Assembly (NCBI RefSeq): GCF_020745735.1
Contig: NC_083427.1
Span: 1,891,438 to 1,955,437, forward strand
Direction: 5' to 3'
Length of the DNA: 64,000 bases
From: Hemiscyllium ocellatum
Taxonomy: Eukaryota
Below are positions 1 to 11,620 of the stretch, one piece after another (position 1 is the stretch's first letter; every line of letters begins with the position of its first letter). The notes under the pieces are model-generated. The model worked only from the letters and a program-made list of their open reading frames with translations. It was not told the origin of the DNA and did no database searches. Made by a program: the position numbers and the translations under genes.

Positions 1-314
1 CAGCGACCCTGATGTGTCTCGCCACCAGCTTTTACCCAGCTGACATTTACATTGGCTGGATGGCCAATGACATGCTTTTGGATGCCGGGTACCGAACGCA
101 CATGGATAGTGAGAAGGGGAATGGTTCCAACTTCGTGATCAGCAGGTTGAGAGTCACAGTGGTGGAATGGAACAGTGACATCACTTACTCCTGCTTGGTG
201 GGACACCCATCGCTCAGCCGAGAATTAATCAGAAGTATAAATAAGTCTCGTGGTAAACCGACATCAGTCAATGTTTCAGTCGTACTTAGCGACATTGTTA
301 AGTCTTGCACATAA
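1..314 (+). CDS. IgNAR: Immunoglobulin heavy chain last constant domain exon (5'-partial; IgNAR C5) plus secretory tailpiece
   Basis: Open frame ATLMCLATSFYPADIYIGWMAND...EWNSDITYSCLVGHPSLSRELIRSINKSR-GKPTSVNVSVVLSDIVKSCT*. It has the C1-set Ig hallmarks: Cys 15-17, Trp 57-59, YSC with Cys 192-194 and H-P-S-L. The 20-aa tailpiece has an NVS glycosylation sequon and a penultimate Cys; stop TAA is at 312-314. It closely resembles nurse shark IgNAR C5/secretory tail as I recall it. IgW long-form C-terminal domains are homologous, so IgW is a less likely alternative. Confidence 0.9.
   Translation, partial: ATLMCLATSFYPADIYIGWMANDMLLDAGYRTHMDSEKGNGSNFVISRLRVTVVEWNSDITYSCLVGHPSLSRELIRSINKSRGKPTSVNVSVVLSDIVKSCT
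252..258 (+). promoter_or_regulatory. Internal 5' splice donor (G|GTAAAC) for membrane-form splicing
   Basis: G|GTAAAC with GT at 253-254, within the Gly-Lys-Pro codons at the domain/tailpiece boundary. This is the same position and sequence type as the donor used for the IgM Cmu4-to-TM splice (phase 1). Confidence 0.7.
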
Positions 315-635
315 CTTGCAGGGATTGATGAACTGTTTTCCGCAGATAGGTTAACGTTGTTATGGCGATAACTAATTTAGCAACCAAACTAATGCATTTT
401 CAATTCGTTGTGTGCAACGGCCACATTTCTGATCAGTGAACATTTTCGTAAAAAGGAGAATGCCCACTTTTCTAAATTGAATCTGTTGATAAAGGGTAAT
501 TGAGGTTAGAATCGGAAGTTCCAGGAAAAGCTTGTCCTGTGATTACAATCGATCAGAAAATCGTTTGAACTTTTCACACCGCTACTGAAAGAACAGGAAA
601 CCGTATTGAAGACTGTATGTAGCTCCAACGATTGC

Positions 636-641
636 AATAAA
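636..641 (+). terminator. Poly(A) signal of the secretory transcript
   Basis: First AATAAA after the stop codon (~320 nt 3' UTR), followed by T-rich tracts (aagtttttgatttgctgattctttattt) typical of a downstream element. Confidence 0.6.
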
Positions 642-2048
642 TGCAGAATGAAAAGTTTTTGATTTGCTGATTCTTTATTTACATGCCTCGTACTTTCAGA
701 AAGATGATTTAGACCTTGATTGAAGTGTTTGTGATATCCAGATTTTGAAACACCAGCACTGCAGCTTGTTTCAAAGTGCAGAACTTTAGACTCACTCGGC
801 TTCCCTCTGACTAAGCCACAACTAACATAGTCGTGTTTGGCAGCACTCTTTCGTTCTCCATTGCTAATGGGATATCGAGATGTGAAATGAAATGACTGAA
901 GTTGATGTGATTCCAACTTGTTTCGTTCAACAATCAGGCATCCACGTTGCCCTCACCTTCATTTATCCCAGTCCTACCAAGTTTTCTACTGCAGTAATGT
1001 CCAATTCTAGTCTCCAGTTTTTGTGTTGCATTCCCACGATGATCTATGCTTGAGCCCTCATTCAGAACAGGCTGCATCCAATCCCTTACGCATATCACGC
1101 AATTTTAGATTCCAATTTGGCACTGATACCACATAACTCTCTTTCACAATCGTCTGTTTTTTGACTCTATTTATGTCCAATGCATCCAAAGACGTGAACA
1201 CATAATCAAAAAGTGCAGAGTCCAAAATCATAGTCCTATATTGTGGTGACTACTCAGGCTCGTCACTACTCTGAATCAGTGATGTCTTTGGTCATTTCCT
1301 GTGGTGATAGTTGTTTATTTTTCTGACTTTACATTCCATTTAAACTGAACTTCTAAACCGATCACTGAACCCAGAAGATGACCGCATTTCTTCTGGTTTA
1401 ATCTGCTTTCAACAACATCATGTCTTTCACATTGACCGTTGACAACAGTCGTTGTCTGCTATATATTTTCCACTCTCTATAGTCTTAAATTGACATAAAA
1501 ATCAATTACATGGCATATGAATTCGCAGGAGTTCCAAATCATCCATCATCACTGAACTATTCAATAAGGTCCACACATGCTTTCCTTACAAAATTATTCC
1601 TGATGTGTCTAAATTCCTCCACATTCTCTTCCATCATCGTCTCAGTGACCCATTCCGACTTATTTTCACTAAAGATTCTGCACCCATGCGGTGCTGGCTC
1701 TTTTACTTCCAGATTTTTATTGCCATCACTGTGTTCATTGAATGACATTCAATCATTCAATTTCGTGATTGGCGACACTGACCTTCACTTCACTCGTCTT
1801 CCCAAATATTCTGATAAGGCATGTCTAATCGCACTCGCACAGCATTATTACTGTATCGCCACAAGACACCATGTTTAGAACGTCATCCATGTGGAATCGG
1901 CACGCTGGCCCTGACTAATAACATGCAAATTTAAATTCCAGCTAGACAATGAACACATCCATTTGCTCATTACATCGTTGTTGGAATAGCATAATGGCGT
2001 TTACAACCTGTGCACCAAACAGTCCATGTTTCAATTACTAGTTATTCT

Positions 2049-2225
2049 GGCAGCGACTGTGGAGAGAAAAAAGTAAGAGTAAACGTTTTGTGCTAGTGAT
2101 CTTCTTTAGAATCAATGAGAAGTGTCAGTCGACTTGAAACGTTAACTCTTATTTCTATCAACAGATGCTGACAGATTACAGAGCCTTCTGAGCAATGTCT
2201 GCTTTTGTTTCTGATTTACAGGATG
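2049..2225. mobile_element. Degraded Penelope-derived short foldback element
   Basis: Two short inverted arms around a decayed hammerhead-like core (...gtcagtcgacttGAAACgtt aactct...acagatgctg). Same general family as 44820-44930. Confidence 0.45.
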
Positions 2226-3094
2226 CAGTGTTTCTTTTTATTTTTATCTAAAATTTTATGCTAGCGTTTTGCACAGTATAAGCTGAAACCAATAGAGTAG
2301 TTGGTTGCCAGGTGTTTAGGTTCTTCTGCATTTACGACGCCTCTTCTCCGAAATGACTACATTTTAAGATGACAGGTAAAACTCTTTAACAAACCTTTCA
2401 TGACATTTCGAATCGACAAAGCACAAATTTCACGTTGAGCATTCTGATCTAAGCATTTGATAACATATGTGTTCTGAATAGTTTATGGGGAAGGAGTGCT
2501 AAGGAGTGTGATTCTGAAATTTCTACACGGTCACGAAGGTGTACACCAATGTGAAGGGCCACGCTCAGGTAACCTGCATTGGTGTACATACGTGTCTGAT
2601 CCGTTGTTCTGAATGTGATGACAGTTCTTACATTCAGCAGTTGTTGCTATTTCAAGACATGAGATACTTATTCTCAGTAGATTACATATCCGGTGTGACA
2701 CTCTGCTTTGCTCTTCAATGTGCCATCTTTCCATGCTGTCGGACGTATCTGTGCGTTTTTAGGTCTGTTCAATGTGAGGTGACAACTGTCCTTGTTTGAT
2801 TAGTATTTGGAGAGCTGAACTTCAATTGTTTGTTCCGTGTGTCCATAGACGTCTTCTGAATGAGAAACTATCTCTAATGCGGTATGTGGCATCTGTTTGT
2901 GCAGTGGCTGTTTCGTTATATAGAAGAAACACAGTGCCATATAGCATCCTGCTAGTCCATACTCTTGGAGGTGCCAGTAACGAAAGCAGATTCCTCAGGT
3001 CAACCTATCTATCCATGTATGACATTACCTGTGAATTGAAGAATGATGCTGCTGCTGAAGTAGAATCTGTAAATGTATAATCTTGTTTGGATGT

Positions 3095-3380
3095 ATAATC
3101 ACGTATGGAGTCAGCTATTACGAGGGGACATAGCTTTAAATTAAGGGGTGGTAGGTATAGAACAGATGTTCGGGGTAGATTCATTACTCAACTAGTCGTG
3201 AGTTCATGGAATGCCCTGCCAGTAACATTGGTGGACTCTCCCTCTCTATGGGTATTGAAACGGGCATTGGATAGGCATATGGAGGATAGTGGGCTAGTGT
3301 AGGTTAGGTGGGCTTGAATCGGCGCAACATCGAGGGCCAAAGGGCCTGTACTGCGCTGTATGTTTCTATGTTCTATGTTC
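3095..3380 (+). mobile_element. CR1 LINE 3' end
   Basis: ORF2 C-terminus remnant TRGHSFKLRGGRYRTDVRGRFITQLVVSSWNALP, followed by the 3' UTR (gggccaaagggcctgtactgcgctgta) and a (CTATGTT)n-type tail. Confidence 0.85.
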
Positions 3381-3393
3381 ACTTTCAACAACA

Positions 3394-4562
3394 TTTTCTA
3401 CAAAACAAACCAACGGCACAACCATGGGATCTCGTCTATCAGTATTCAAACAGACGCAGTAATGCAAAGACTAGAACAAACAGCCCTACCAACCATCAAA
3501 CCAAAAATTCTGGGTCCGCTACGTAGATGACACATTGGTCGTCACAAAACGAAACAAGATAGAAAAGACATTTAACATCATCACCAACACCCTCACAGGC
3601 ATAAAGTTCACCAAGGAGGAAGAAACCGACTACAAACTTGCATTCCTGGACGTCACAATAGAAAGAAAGGATAACGGAGAACAACAAACCTGCGTATACA
3701 GAAAACTGACAAACACTGACCAAGTTCTTAACTACACCAGCAACCATCCCAACACACACAAACGAAGCTGTATCAGAACACTATTCCAACGAGCCACCAC
3801 ACACTGCAGCACAGACTAACTACGCAAAACAGAGGAGAACCACCTATACAATGTATTCAAGAAGAACGGATACTCAAAAAATACAGTGCGCAGATTCCTC
3901 AAGAATAAACCACGACAAGCAGACCAAACACAGCCAGAAACCCTAAACACTTAACCATGCATCAAAGAAATTTCAGAAATGACAGCTAGACTACTAAGAC
4001 CCCTCGGAAGCCTAAGAACAAACAAACCCACCAACACTCTCAAACTAAAACTAACAAACTTAAAAGACCCAGTACATCCCATGGACAAAACCAACGTCAT
4101 CTTCATGCAAGGACTGCCACAAACCCTGCATGGGGCAAACAGAAAGTTAGCCACCAGGATACAAGAACACCAGCCAGCCACAAAAAGACACAATCCTCTT
4201 TCCCTCGTAGCCCTACATACGGATGGAAAAAGCCACCATTTCGACTGGGACAACACATCTATCCTGGGACAGGCAATGCAAAGGCATGCACTCCAACCAC
4301 AAGGCCATGAATAAACACATAGATCTAGATGCTATCTATCAGCCCCTCAGAAAACGAACAGGAAATGACATCACCACAAACCTCTGGTACCCCATCCAGG
4401 AGAAAGATATAAATGGAAAGCAGGAGACAACAGCTTCCTTTCACTTGGAGGTCGCCACTGATGATGTTACCTAGCCAGGTAATGAAACGTCTGGGTATCA
4501 AATCTACAGCTCAGCGAGCAAACCTACACCCTAAATATCAACCTAAACTACAAGCCTTCAGA
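3394..4562 (+). mobile_element. Penelope-like element, 5'-truncated (RT C-terminus, GIY-YIG endonuclease, 3' pLTR)
   Basis: RT thumb KFTKEEE...LAFLDVTI...VYRKLTNTDQVLNYTSNHPNTHKRSCIRTLFQRA (3535-3819). Endonuclease region RKLATRIQEH...HHFDWDNTSILGQ (3979-4314). A hammerhead motif lies in the 3' end. Stops and frameshifts are present. Confidence 0.9.
4455..4494 (+). ncRNA. Minimal type I hammerhead ribozyme in the Penelope 3' end
   Basis: Parts in order: CCA (stem I, 4455-57); CTGATGA (4458-64); T; GTTACCT/AGCC loop/AGGTAAT (7-bp stem II, 4466-83); GAAAC (4484-88); GTC cleavage triplet (4489-91); TGG (stem I'). Confidence 0.75.
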
Positions 4563-4619
4563 AACCTTGCTAAAAAAACTCTGAATAATCAGTTTGCATT
4601 TATTTCAGGTAAGGATGGT

Positions 4620-6150
4620 GATTTGCAACATTGGCTTGGGACGTCATATGAAAAACGTCTGGGCGATGTATGGATAGGTCTGGTAGTTCCATGTTTTGGT
4701 TGTCAAATTTCAGAAATTGTTTGGAGTAGAGTATTCATTGGCGATGGGACGTCTGATAAATTGGAAGCATTCAAAACTGTGATGGCGCGAGTCCAGAGTC
4801 ATTATGCTCCAATTAGAGTGAAATATAACATCGTAGGGTGAGAACACAATGGATGTAAAACATCCTGAGTCAATGATAACAAAACCACTTATCTAATACA
4901 AACAACCGTGTTCAAATGAACATTTTGAACAGTGTAAAGAGTGACGGGACATTCTCAGGTGGGAGATCAGGAAGGCAAATAGAAGATATGAGATATCCTG
5001 AGATAGTAAGATTAAGGGTAATCCAAAGGTATTCCGCAAGTACATAACGAAGAAAAGAACAGCTCGATTGAAAGTAAAGGTCATTAAACATTGACGATGT
5101 CTTCCTTGTGTGGAACCTCAGGAGATGGGACAGATATGAAATGAGTGTTATTCATCAGTTTTTCCCGTGGACGTAAACAACGGAGCCTCGAAAACACAAC
5201 AAAATAATTAATGATGTTTTTAAATTATTTAACAAAACAGAAGAGAAAATCTTGAACGTCTTCGATAATTTCAAATTGGATAAATCTCCAGGACTTAATC
5301 TATTGTATCCATGGACTTTGCGGGAAGTTAGACAGGAAACGGCAGGGAACCTTGCAGAAATATTTGTTTTAGCTATAAATACAGTTCAGTTACCGAATGA
5401 CTGTAGAGTAAATAATGTCTTGCCTTTTTAAAATAAGGGGTTTCAGGCGAAACCTGTGAACCATACACATCCAGGTCTGACAGTTAGGTTTCAGGTGCAT
5501 AATTCTTTAAGTTTGCATTACATATAGATAGGGTTGCCAAGAAGCCGTTTGTCATGTTTGTCTTCATCGCTCAGATCTCTGTGTACATGAGTTGGGTCAT
5601 TTCGTTAAGAATACTAGGACGTTGGTGAGGTTTCACCTGGATAAATGTGTACAGTTCTGATCTCCCTACAGAAGAAATGATATAATTATGCTGGAGATGA
5701 TTCAAAAGAGATTAACCAGACGTTGCCTGGAATTCAATGTTTGCGTTGGAAGAAGAGACAGGATAGGCTGGAGCCTTTTTCTACCCCAAAAGCTTGAAAG
5801 GTTCAATTAAAGAGGTGTATAAAACATGAGGGATATGGATAAGGTTAACAGCGGATGTATTTTCTCTTGTGTGGTGGATTTCCAGACTAGAGGGCATATT
5901 TTTAAGTTGAGAAGTTAAAGGTCCTAAAAAGATATGAAAAAAAAATCATTGACACGAAGACTTGTTTACGTGTGATAAAAATCAAGAGGAAGTGATGAAT
6001 GATGTTTCTGAGGCTTCAGATACGTGTATGAACAAGAAATGTTTGGAGGGATATGGGTCACGCACTGGTAAGTCGGCTCGTTCAGACTGGGATCATGTTT
6101 TTGTGGACTGATTGGAATGAAGGGTCTGTTTCCATGCTGTCTGACTCTCT
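4620..6150 (+). mobile_element. Degraded CR1 LINE with internal deletion
   Basis: Remnants of the ORF2 linker (GTSDKLEAFKTVMARVQSHYAPIRVK), a DKSPG-like motif near 5280 and the C-terminus/3' UTR (5580-6150). Confidence 0.7.
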
Positions 6151-7779
6151 GACTCTACGAGTCTGACTCTACTAATACAAATGTACCGGGAAGCTACAAA
6201 CGCAATATTACAATCTGAGCAAAATTTTCTAAACTTAGACTTCTCATTCTATTCTTTGTATGTCAGCCGAACTGACCCGAAAACAGCTTATTGATTATTT
6301 GGTAGGTTTGCCGACTAGTTGTTTTTGTCTTGTATCCAAGTTCATCTTTTGTCTCGTTTTCTCCTTCATATTTTCTCGTCCTTTGTTTGAACAAACAAGT
6401 TCTGAAAGTACTTTTTCTGATTTGCAGGGCGTTCTTTCATGCATTCTGGTTTGGAACTACATCTGCCAAGTTTTAAAAACTGCAGCTTTCTTTCTCTGCA
6501 CGTTGTTTGAAAGCACTCGTTTCCTTTTGTAAACTTGTTGTAACAGCCAAGAAGACCATAAGTTAGATAATTACGCCTACACAAAAAATATCCTGTATAT
6601 AGAACCTGAACCCATCAACTAAACACAGCCTACTTACGAGTGTGAAAAATGTGCTGCTTTCTCGAAAATTCAACTTCATCCACCGATGCATTGTCATTCA
6701 AAAATAACGGGTAGCTACACTCTTGTCATATTCCTGAGTAATCACCAAAGACATGGGGGTATGATATCCTCCCTTCTTTGCAGGAAATCTATCCTTGTAC
6801 ATTAATACATCATATCTCATGCAAGTCAAAAATGGTTTACGTTCATAGCTCAATCGATTGTGAAGAAAAGTGAGCGAAATCATGATACTTCAGGAAGTTC
6901 TCAAAATTTGCAAACACGAGTTGCTGAGCTTGGACTGTATCTCAATCAACTTAAAAAACATGAAAGGTCAAAATCATTTCTCACTGTTCCACTTTTATGC
7001 AATCGCGTGAAATATCATATTTCTGTATCTGACATGTCCAGTGCGTAATAAAATGCGGCAGGACAATTGATTTATTTTTTTCTTTTCAGCAAGACTCAAA
7101 CTTTGGCTTAAAATTTGCTAATCTAACTTTTGTGTTCATCTAAAAACGCAACACTTCGACCAATCTGAAAAATTAGCATGTCCTCCTTTTTTATGATCAA
7201 TGTATTATTTTCCCACTAGGAATGGTTATTTGTATTGACTTTTTTCCATGAAAAACCCACCTTTCTATAAGAAAGCCATTTCGTAAAACCAATTCAGAGA
7301 ACGCCACTCTCCGTTCCCATCAGGAACTTCATGTATTACTTCATCAAAATGAAATCAAGAATAGTGTCTCAAGCATTGTCTGTCTTTTGCAAACCTGAAT
7401 TGCATTTTGCACTTAAAGCTAATCTACGATATGTTTGTTTTATTTACTCCAATTATTGGTTTTAAGTATCTTTGCACCACTGATATTCAACAATGAGCCT
7501 GAAGTTGTGACGAACGACGTGTTTCCCTTTCAATTGTCAACCTGCCAGTTTCTTGTCTTCTAACTAATTCTGTAATTCTCCGTTCCACAGTTATTTCAAT
7601 TTTACACCAACACATTTTCGCTACTACTTACATTTCTACAGTTGCGTTCTCAGAGCATCCATTTCCTTTGCAGATATCTAACAATATAAGGATTAAAGAC
7701 ATGACAGTGCATCTGAAAACATATGTCATCTACATATCAGATCTTACATCATTTAATAAATGGTCTTATACCATTAGGA

Positions 7780-9044
7780 GCTGACTGTCATTTTGGATGA
7801 TTGCCTTTAAAAAAAATCATTCATGTTGACCTACTGTCCTTACAGATTTGTTTTGATGCAACAAGGTCATCTTGAAATAGGTCACTTGAGATGCAGTATA
7901 AAATCCCATCTTCTTTTCCTCCTAAGTGCAACAATACTACAGATTTAACAGGTGCATTTTTACCCTTTTTTTGTGAAGCAAGGTTGAGATCAGAGTTGCC
8001 ATCTCTCTGCTTCAAAGTCTATAAGGTTATCAGCTTGTGAGACCTTAAGGTTATATTTTATAAAGCTTTGAACAATAAAAACAGCCTGAATATTTTTCGA
8101 CAAGCTTCCACAGAAATAGGATTTTCTTGTTTGAGATTTTCAGGAGAAATTCTTGCGGGGGTCTTGAATCTGGGTTTGGAACCTTCAGTACATCTCACCC
8201 TGCTACTCTTTCTTTCAGACCTTTTCTTGATGTTTACCTTCCTGAAGTGGAGAATTGCCTGCGAGAAATTCGATTGCTGTGTACTCGGCAGCGCCATGGT
8301 TTTGGTTTTTGGATGCTAAGATATTGGTCCAGTAAACTAGTATTAGCTAATATATTTGTTGTTGTGTTAAAGCCTTCAATAGGGTCACAGTTAAGCCAAT
8401 TATTTATTTTATATTTATTTTGTTTGCAATTTAACGGGACTGTGAAACTCAACATCTTATAGCTGGAACAATTAAATATTACTAGAATGCAACGTTTGAA
8501 ACATCCGTTTAAAATGAGAAAAAAAACCACGTCTTGACTGTCTACTCCATATATATTTGAAAGGGTTTGTTCTGGTCCATAACAAATTCGGGGCTTCTGT
8601 CAGGACTAAAATCTCAAATGCCAGATTCCGTTTAGGATTACTGAAAGATAATGAGTTTTGCGTGTTGGTATCTTTCATTTGAGGCCCTGCTTTCGGTTGA
8701 TATAAATAGGCCTTGTGTAATTCTTGCTCTTTCAGTCGATAAGTGTTTCCCAGGGTCGAGTAGGTTCACTTACGATGTTTTACATAAAATGAGCGAGGCA
8801 AAGCTTTCACAATTGGCAAACGACTTGGAATTTGGTTTGGCAGAATCTGTGGGGAAAGGGGAGATAAGAAATGGCTACTATTCAATTGTAACTGTCGCAA
8901 CCTGAAGCAGGAATAAAAGAAAATGAACGAATAACTCTGGCAAAAGAAAAAAAAAGGAAATGAAATGAATCATTTCAATTGCAATTTAAAGCAAATGAAA
9001 ATTAATGCGAAATGGAGGCCCTAACACAAGAAAGGTAGAAAGAA

Positions 9045-9075
<31 letters not shown>

Positions 9076-10660
9076 GACAGAGAGAGAGAGAGAGATAGAG
9101 ACAGACAGACAGAGACAGAGGCAGAGGCAGAAACAGAGAGAGAGGGGGAATGAAGAGTAAAAGAGCAGAAAGAGAGAAAGAATATTTTTACATTCTGTTT
9201 TCCTAAGTCTAATCTCAAAATGACTTAAAATGGCGAACGTAGAGAAGTATAGGAAAACCAATGAAGTCAAGGTTGTTGGGAGTTTTCTCTGCCCTCGTTG
9301 AAGTAGGCGTACTAAGGTTTCTGGGTTGGAGTGCGTATTTTATCGGATGTTCGTACCACATTTTATGAGTGTGGTTGATTCACTGACTTACTCATTGAGT
9401 AAGTGCAGAAAATGTGAATGGACGGAGGACTTTCAAAGACATTGACAGCTTGAAAGCTTTGTTAAAGTCCGCTCCAGTATAAGTGAGGCAATTAAAATTT
9501 GGTATCAATACAAATGATGTGGCCGTCGGTGCTGTATCCTTGCAAGGCCACAGTGCAGAAAAAAAAAATCATTGAGAATTTTTCCAGAGAATTGAAAAGT
9601 CATGAACAGAAATATGCCAGGACTGAGAAGGGAGAACTTCAGCTTTGTAATTTTTTCGAAATATATATTGGCAATGATATTTCTGAGACAAATGTATGGT
9701 GCTGAATGTAACCGCTTAAAGTTTATGGAGACACTTAAGCACAAAAATTACAGACTGTTTCGGAAGAACTTATTATTGCAGCCTTGCAGTTCGAAAACTA
9801 CACACGTGGCAGGACGAGAGAACATAATTGCTGACATATTGTTGCGACTTTGATGACTACGGGTGTATACAAGAATAAAAACTACTTAAATAAACATTAG
9901 CACTGAATGTTTAATGATTATTGGCTGAGATTGAATGCAATGTATGTGAAATGTGTGACCTAATAATGTAAGACTTAAGTGTTTCAGAAAATGAAGCATC
10001 ATTTTGCATTCATATTTCATTTTGTAATGAAGGTAGGTACGATGGTACCACGATGTTAAGAAGTGTGCTTGGTCGTGCTTTCTTTTAGATACTGATCTCC
10101 GGACACGTGACGAGCAGTCTATGCGAGATAAACAACTTGTGAAGCTTTGAGGTTTTTTTATTGACGTTGGCACAATAGAAACAAACGAGAATGGCTTGGT
10201 CAAGCTCGAGCAGACCAGGATTTTTAACTTCCAGTTTTGAGTTTCAACAGCTGCTGCTGGTGTCTCAGCAGGATTGGAAGCTGCAGCAAATCTCTCCCAG
10301 TCGCTGGAGAGGTTGAGAATTTTTTGTTTATGACACTTTCCTCTTGGGCTACTGAAGTTGCATGTGAGACAATTTGTGTTCAGAATTTATATTTTGCCTG
10401 GAGTGTGTTAATGGAAAAGTCAATCAGTAATATTTACTGTATCTATCATACTGTTATATTTTTTTATGGAGCAATTATATTGCAATTCCACCGTTATTTT
10501 TTGCTGTAATTTAACGACAGTGGATGAATAAAGTGTATGTTGGATTTTAATTTGGGTAGTTCTACCAGTCAAATTTTCTCTGGAATGCAGCAGGCTACAT
10601 TTATCTTGAAAATAAAAAGAACGAAATAAACTAGCCAAACTTTAAACTTTACTTATCCTT
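7780..10660 (+). mobile_element. Internally deleted Gypsy-like LTR retrotransposon remnant
   Basis: LTR end ...ggtccataaca (8584) is followed by a decayed tRNA-Pro PBS (ttcggggcttctgtcagga). A gag N-terminus-like stretch (SEAKLSQLANDLEFGLAESVGKGEI) carries an AG-repeat. RNase H remnants follow (FSRELKSHEQKYA...FEIYIGN; NYRLFRKNLLLQP...HVAGRENIIADILLRL*, 9499-9853). A purine tract near 10030 precedes an LTR-like segment. Outer boundaries are uncertain. Confidence 0.7.
9045..9145. repeat. (AG)/(AGAC)-rich microsatellite
   Basis: gagagagagacagacagacagagagag... read directly; it lies within the gag remnant. Confidence 0.9.
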
Positions 10661-10984
10661 TTGAACTGCACTTGTTGCATAGCCTCCTGTGCCCTGGCAC
10701 GTTAATTATTAAACCAGATGCATCTTAAATGTTATGAGATCGCCCCACGAATTTCTCAGGCAGCATTTTCGATATTTGCACACCACCTGTATCAAAGTAA
10801 TTTTCCTCAGATCAACTTTAAGCCACTTACTCCATACTGTGCACTTATGCCATATGCTGCTATGGACGTGAACCGTAGGGGGGGCAATAAAATCTCTCAA
10901 TCTTCTCTTCTTCTGCATCTTATAATTTTGTGCACCTCAATGCCATTTACTCCCATCCCACCTTCCTCCTCTGCTGCAGTGAAA

Positions 10985-11620
10985 ATTAACCTAGCTGTCC
11001 AGTCTTTCCTTATTACTTTTCATATTAGTTAACATGCTGGCGAATCTCGTCGACCTCCTCTCAACTCTCGTCACATCATCCATGTGGTGTGGCAACCAGC
11101 GCTGTACACAATATTCTCTCTGTGATCTAATCTGCTTGGTTTCTAAAGTAGCAACAAGACTTAATTTTTTCCACATTCTACGCCTTGGTTTTTGAAGACG
11201 AATATCCCATATGCCTCGTTTACCACTCCACCTCGGCAGGCAACTTCAAGTTTCTGTAGGCGTACATAACAAGTTCATGTTGTTCATCAGTTTTATCTAA
11301 GGTTGAAGGATTCGTTATATGGGTCTTTCCATTACTGAATCTCCCTAGGTGCATCACTTCATATTATATAGAACGACATTCTATCTGCCCAATTGACCAG
11401 ATGATCAATATCACACTCTGTTCAGAGAAAGAACTGCTCACTACCAACAATATCACCAATTGTCGAGTCATCCAAAAACATGCTCAGGAGTGCTTCTGCA
11501 TTCATGTTCAAGTCGTTAATGTACATATCAAACTGCAAAGGTCCCGGTTTTGATCCAGAATCCTCATACAGATTATTGAACATCAAAAAAGGCCATCGGC
11601 AGCTGCAGAGTAATCCGAAA
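10985..11620 (-). mobile_element. CR1 LINE RT/3' fragment
   Basis: Minus-strand PGPLQFDMYINDLNMNAEALLSMFLDDSTIGDIV corresponds to the CR1 RT motifs GP.LF.IYINDL...KFADD. Confidence 0.8.

Noticed and set aside
506-916. 136-aa minus-strand ORF
   Set aside because: Antisense to the IgNAR 3' UTR and flank, with no recognisable domain or splice context; likely chance.
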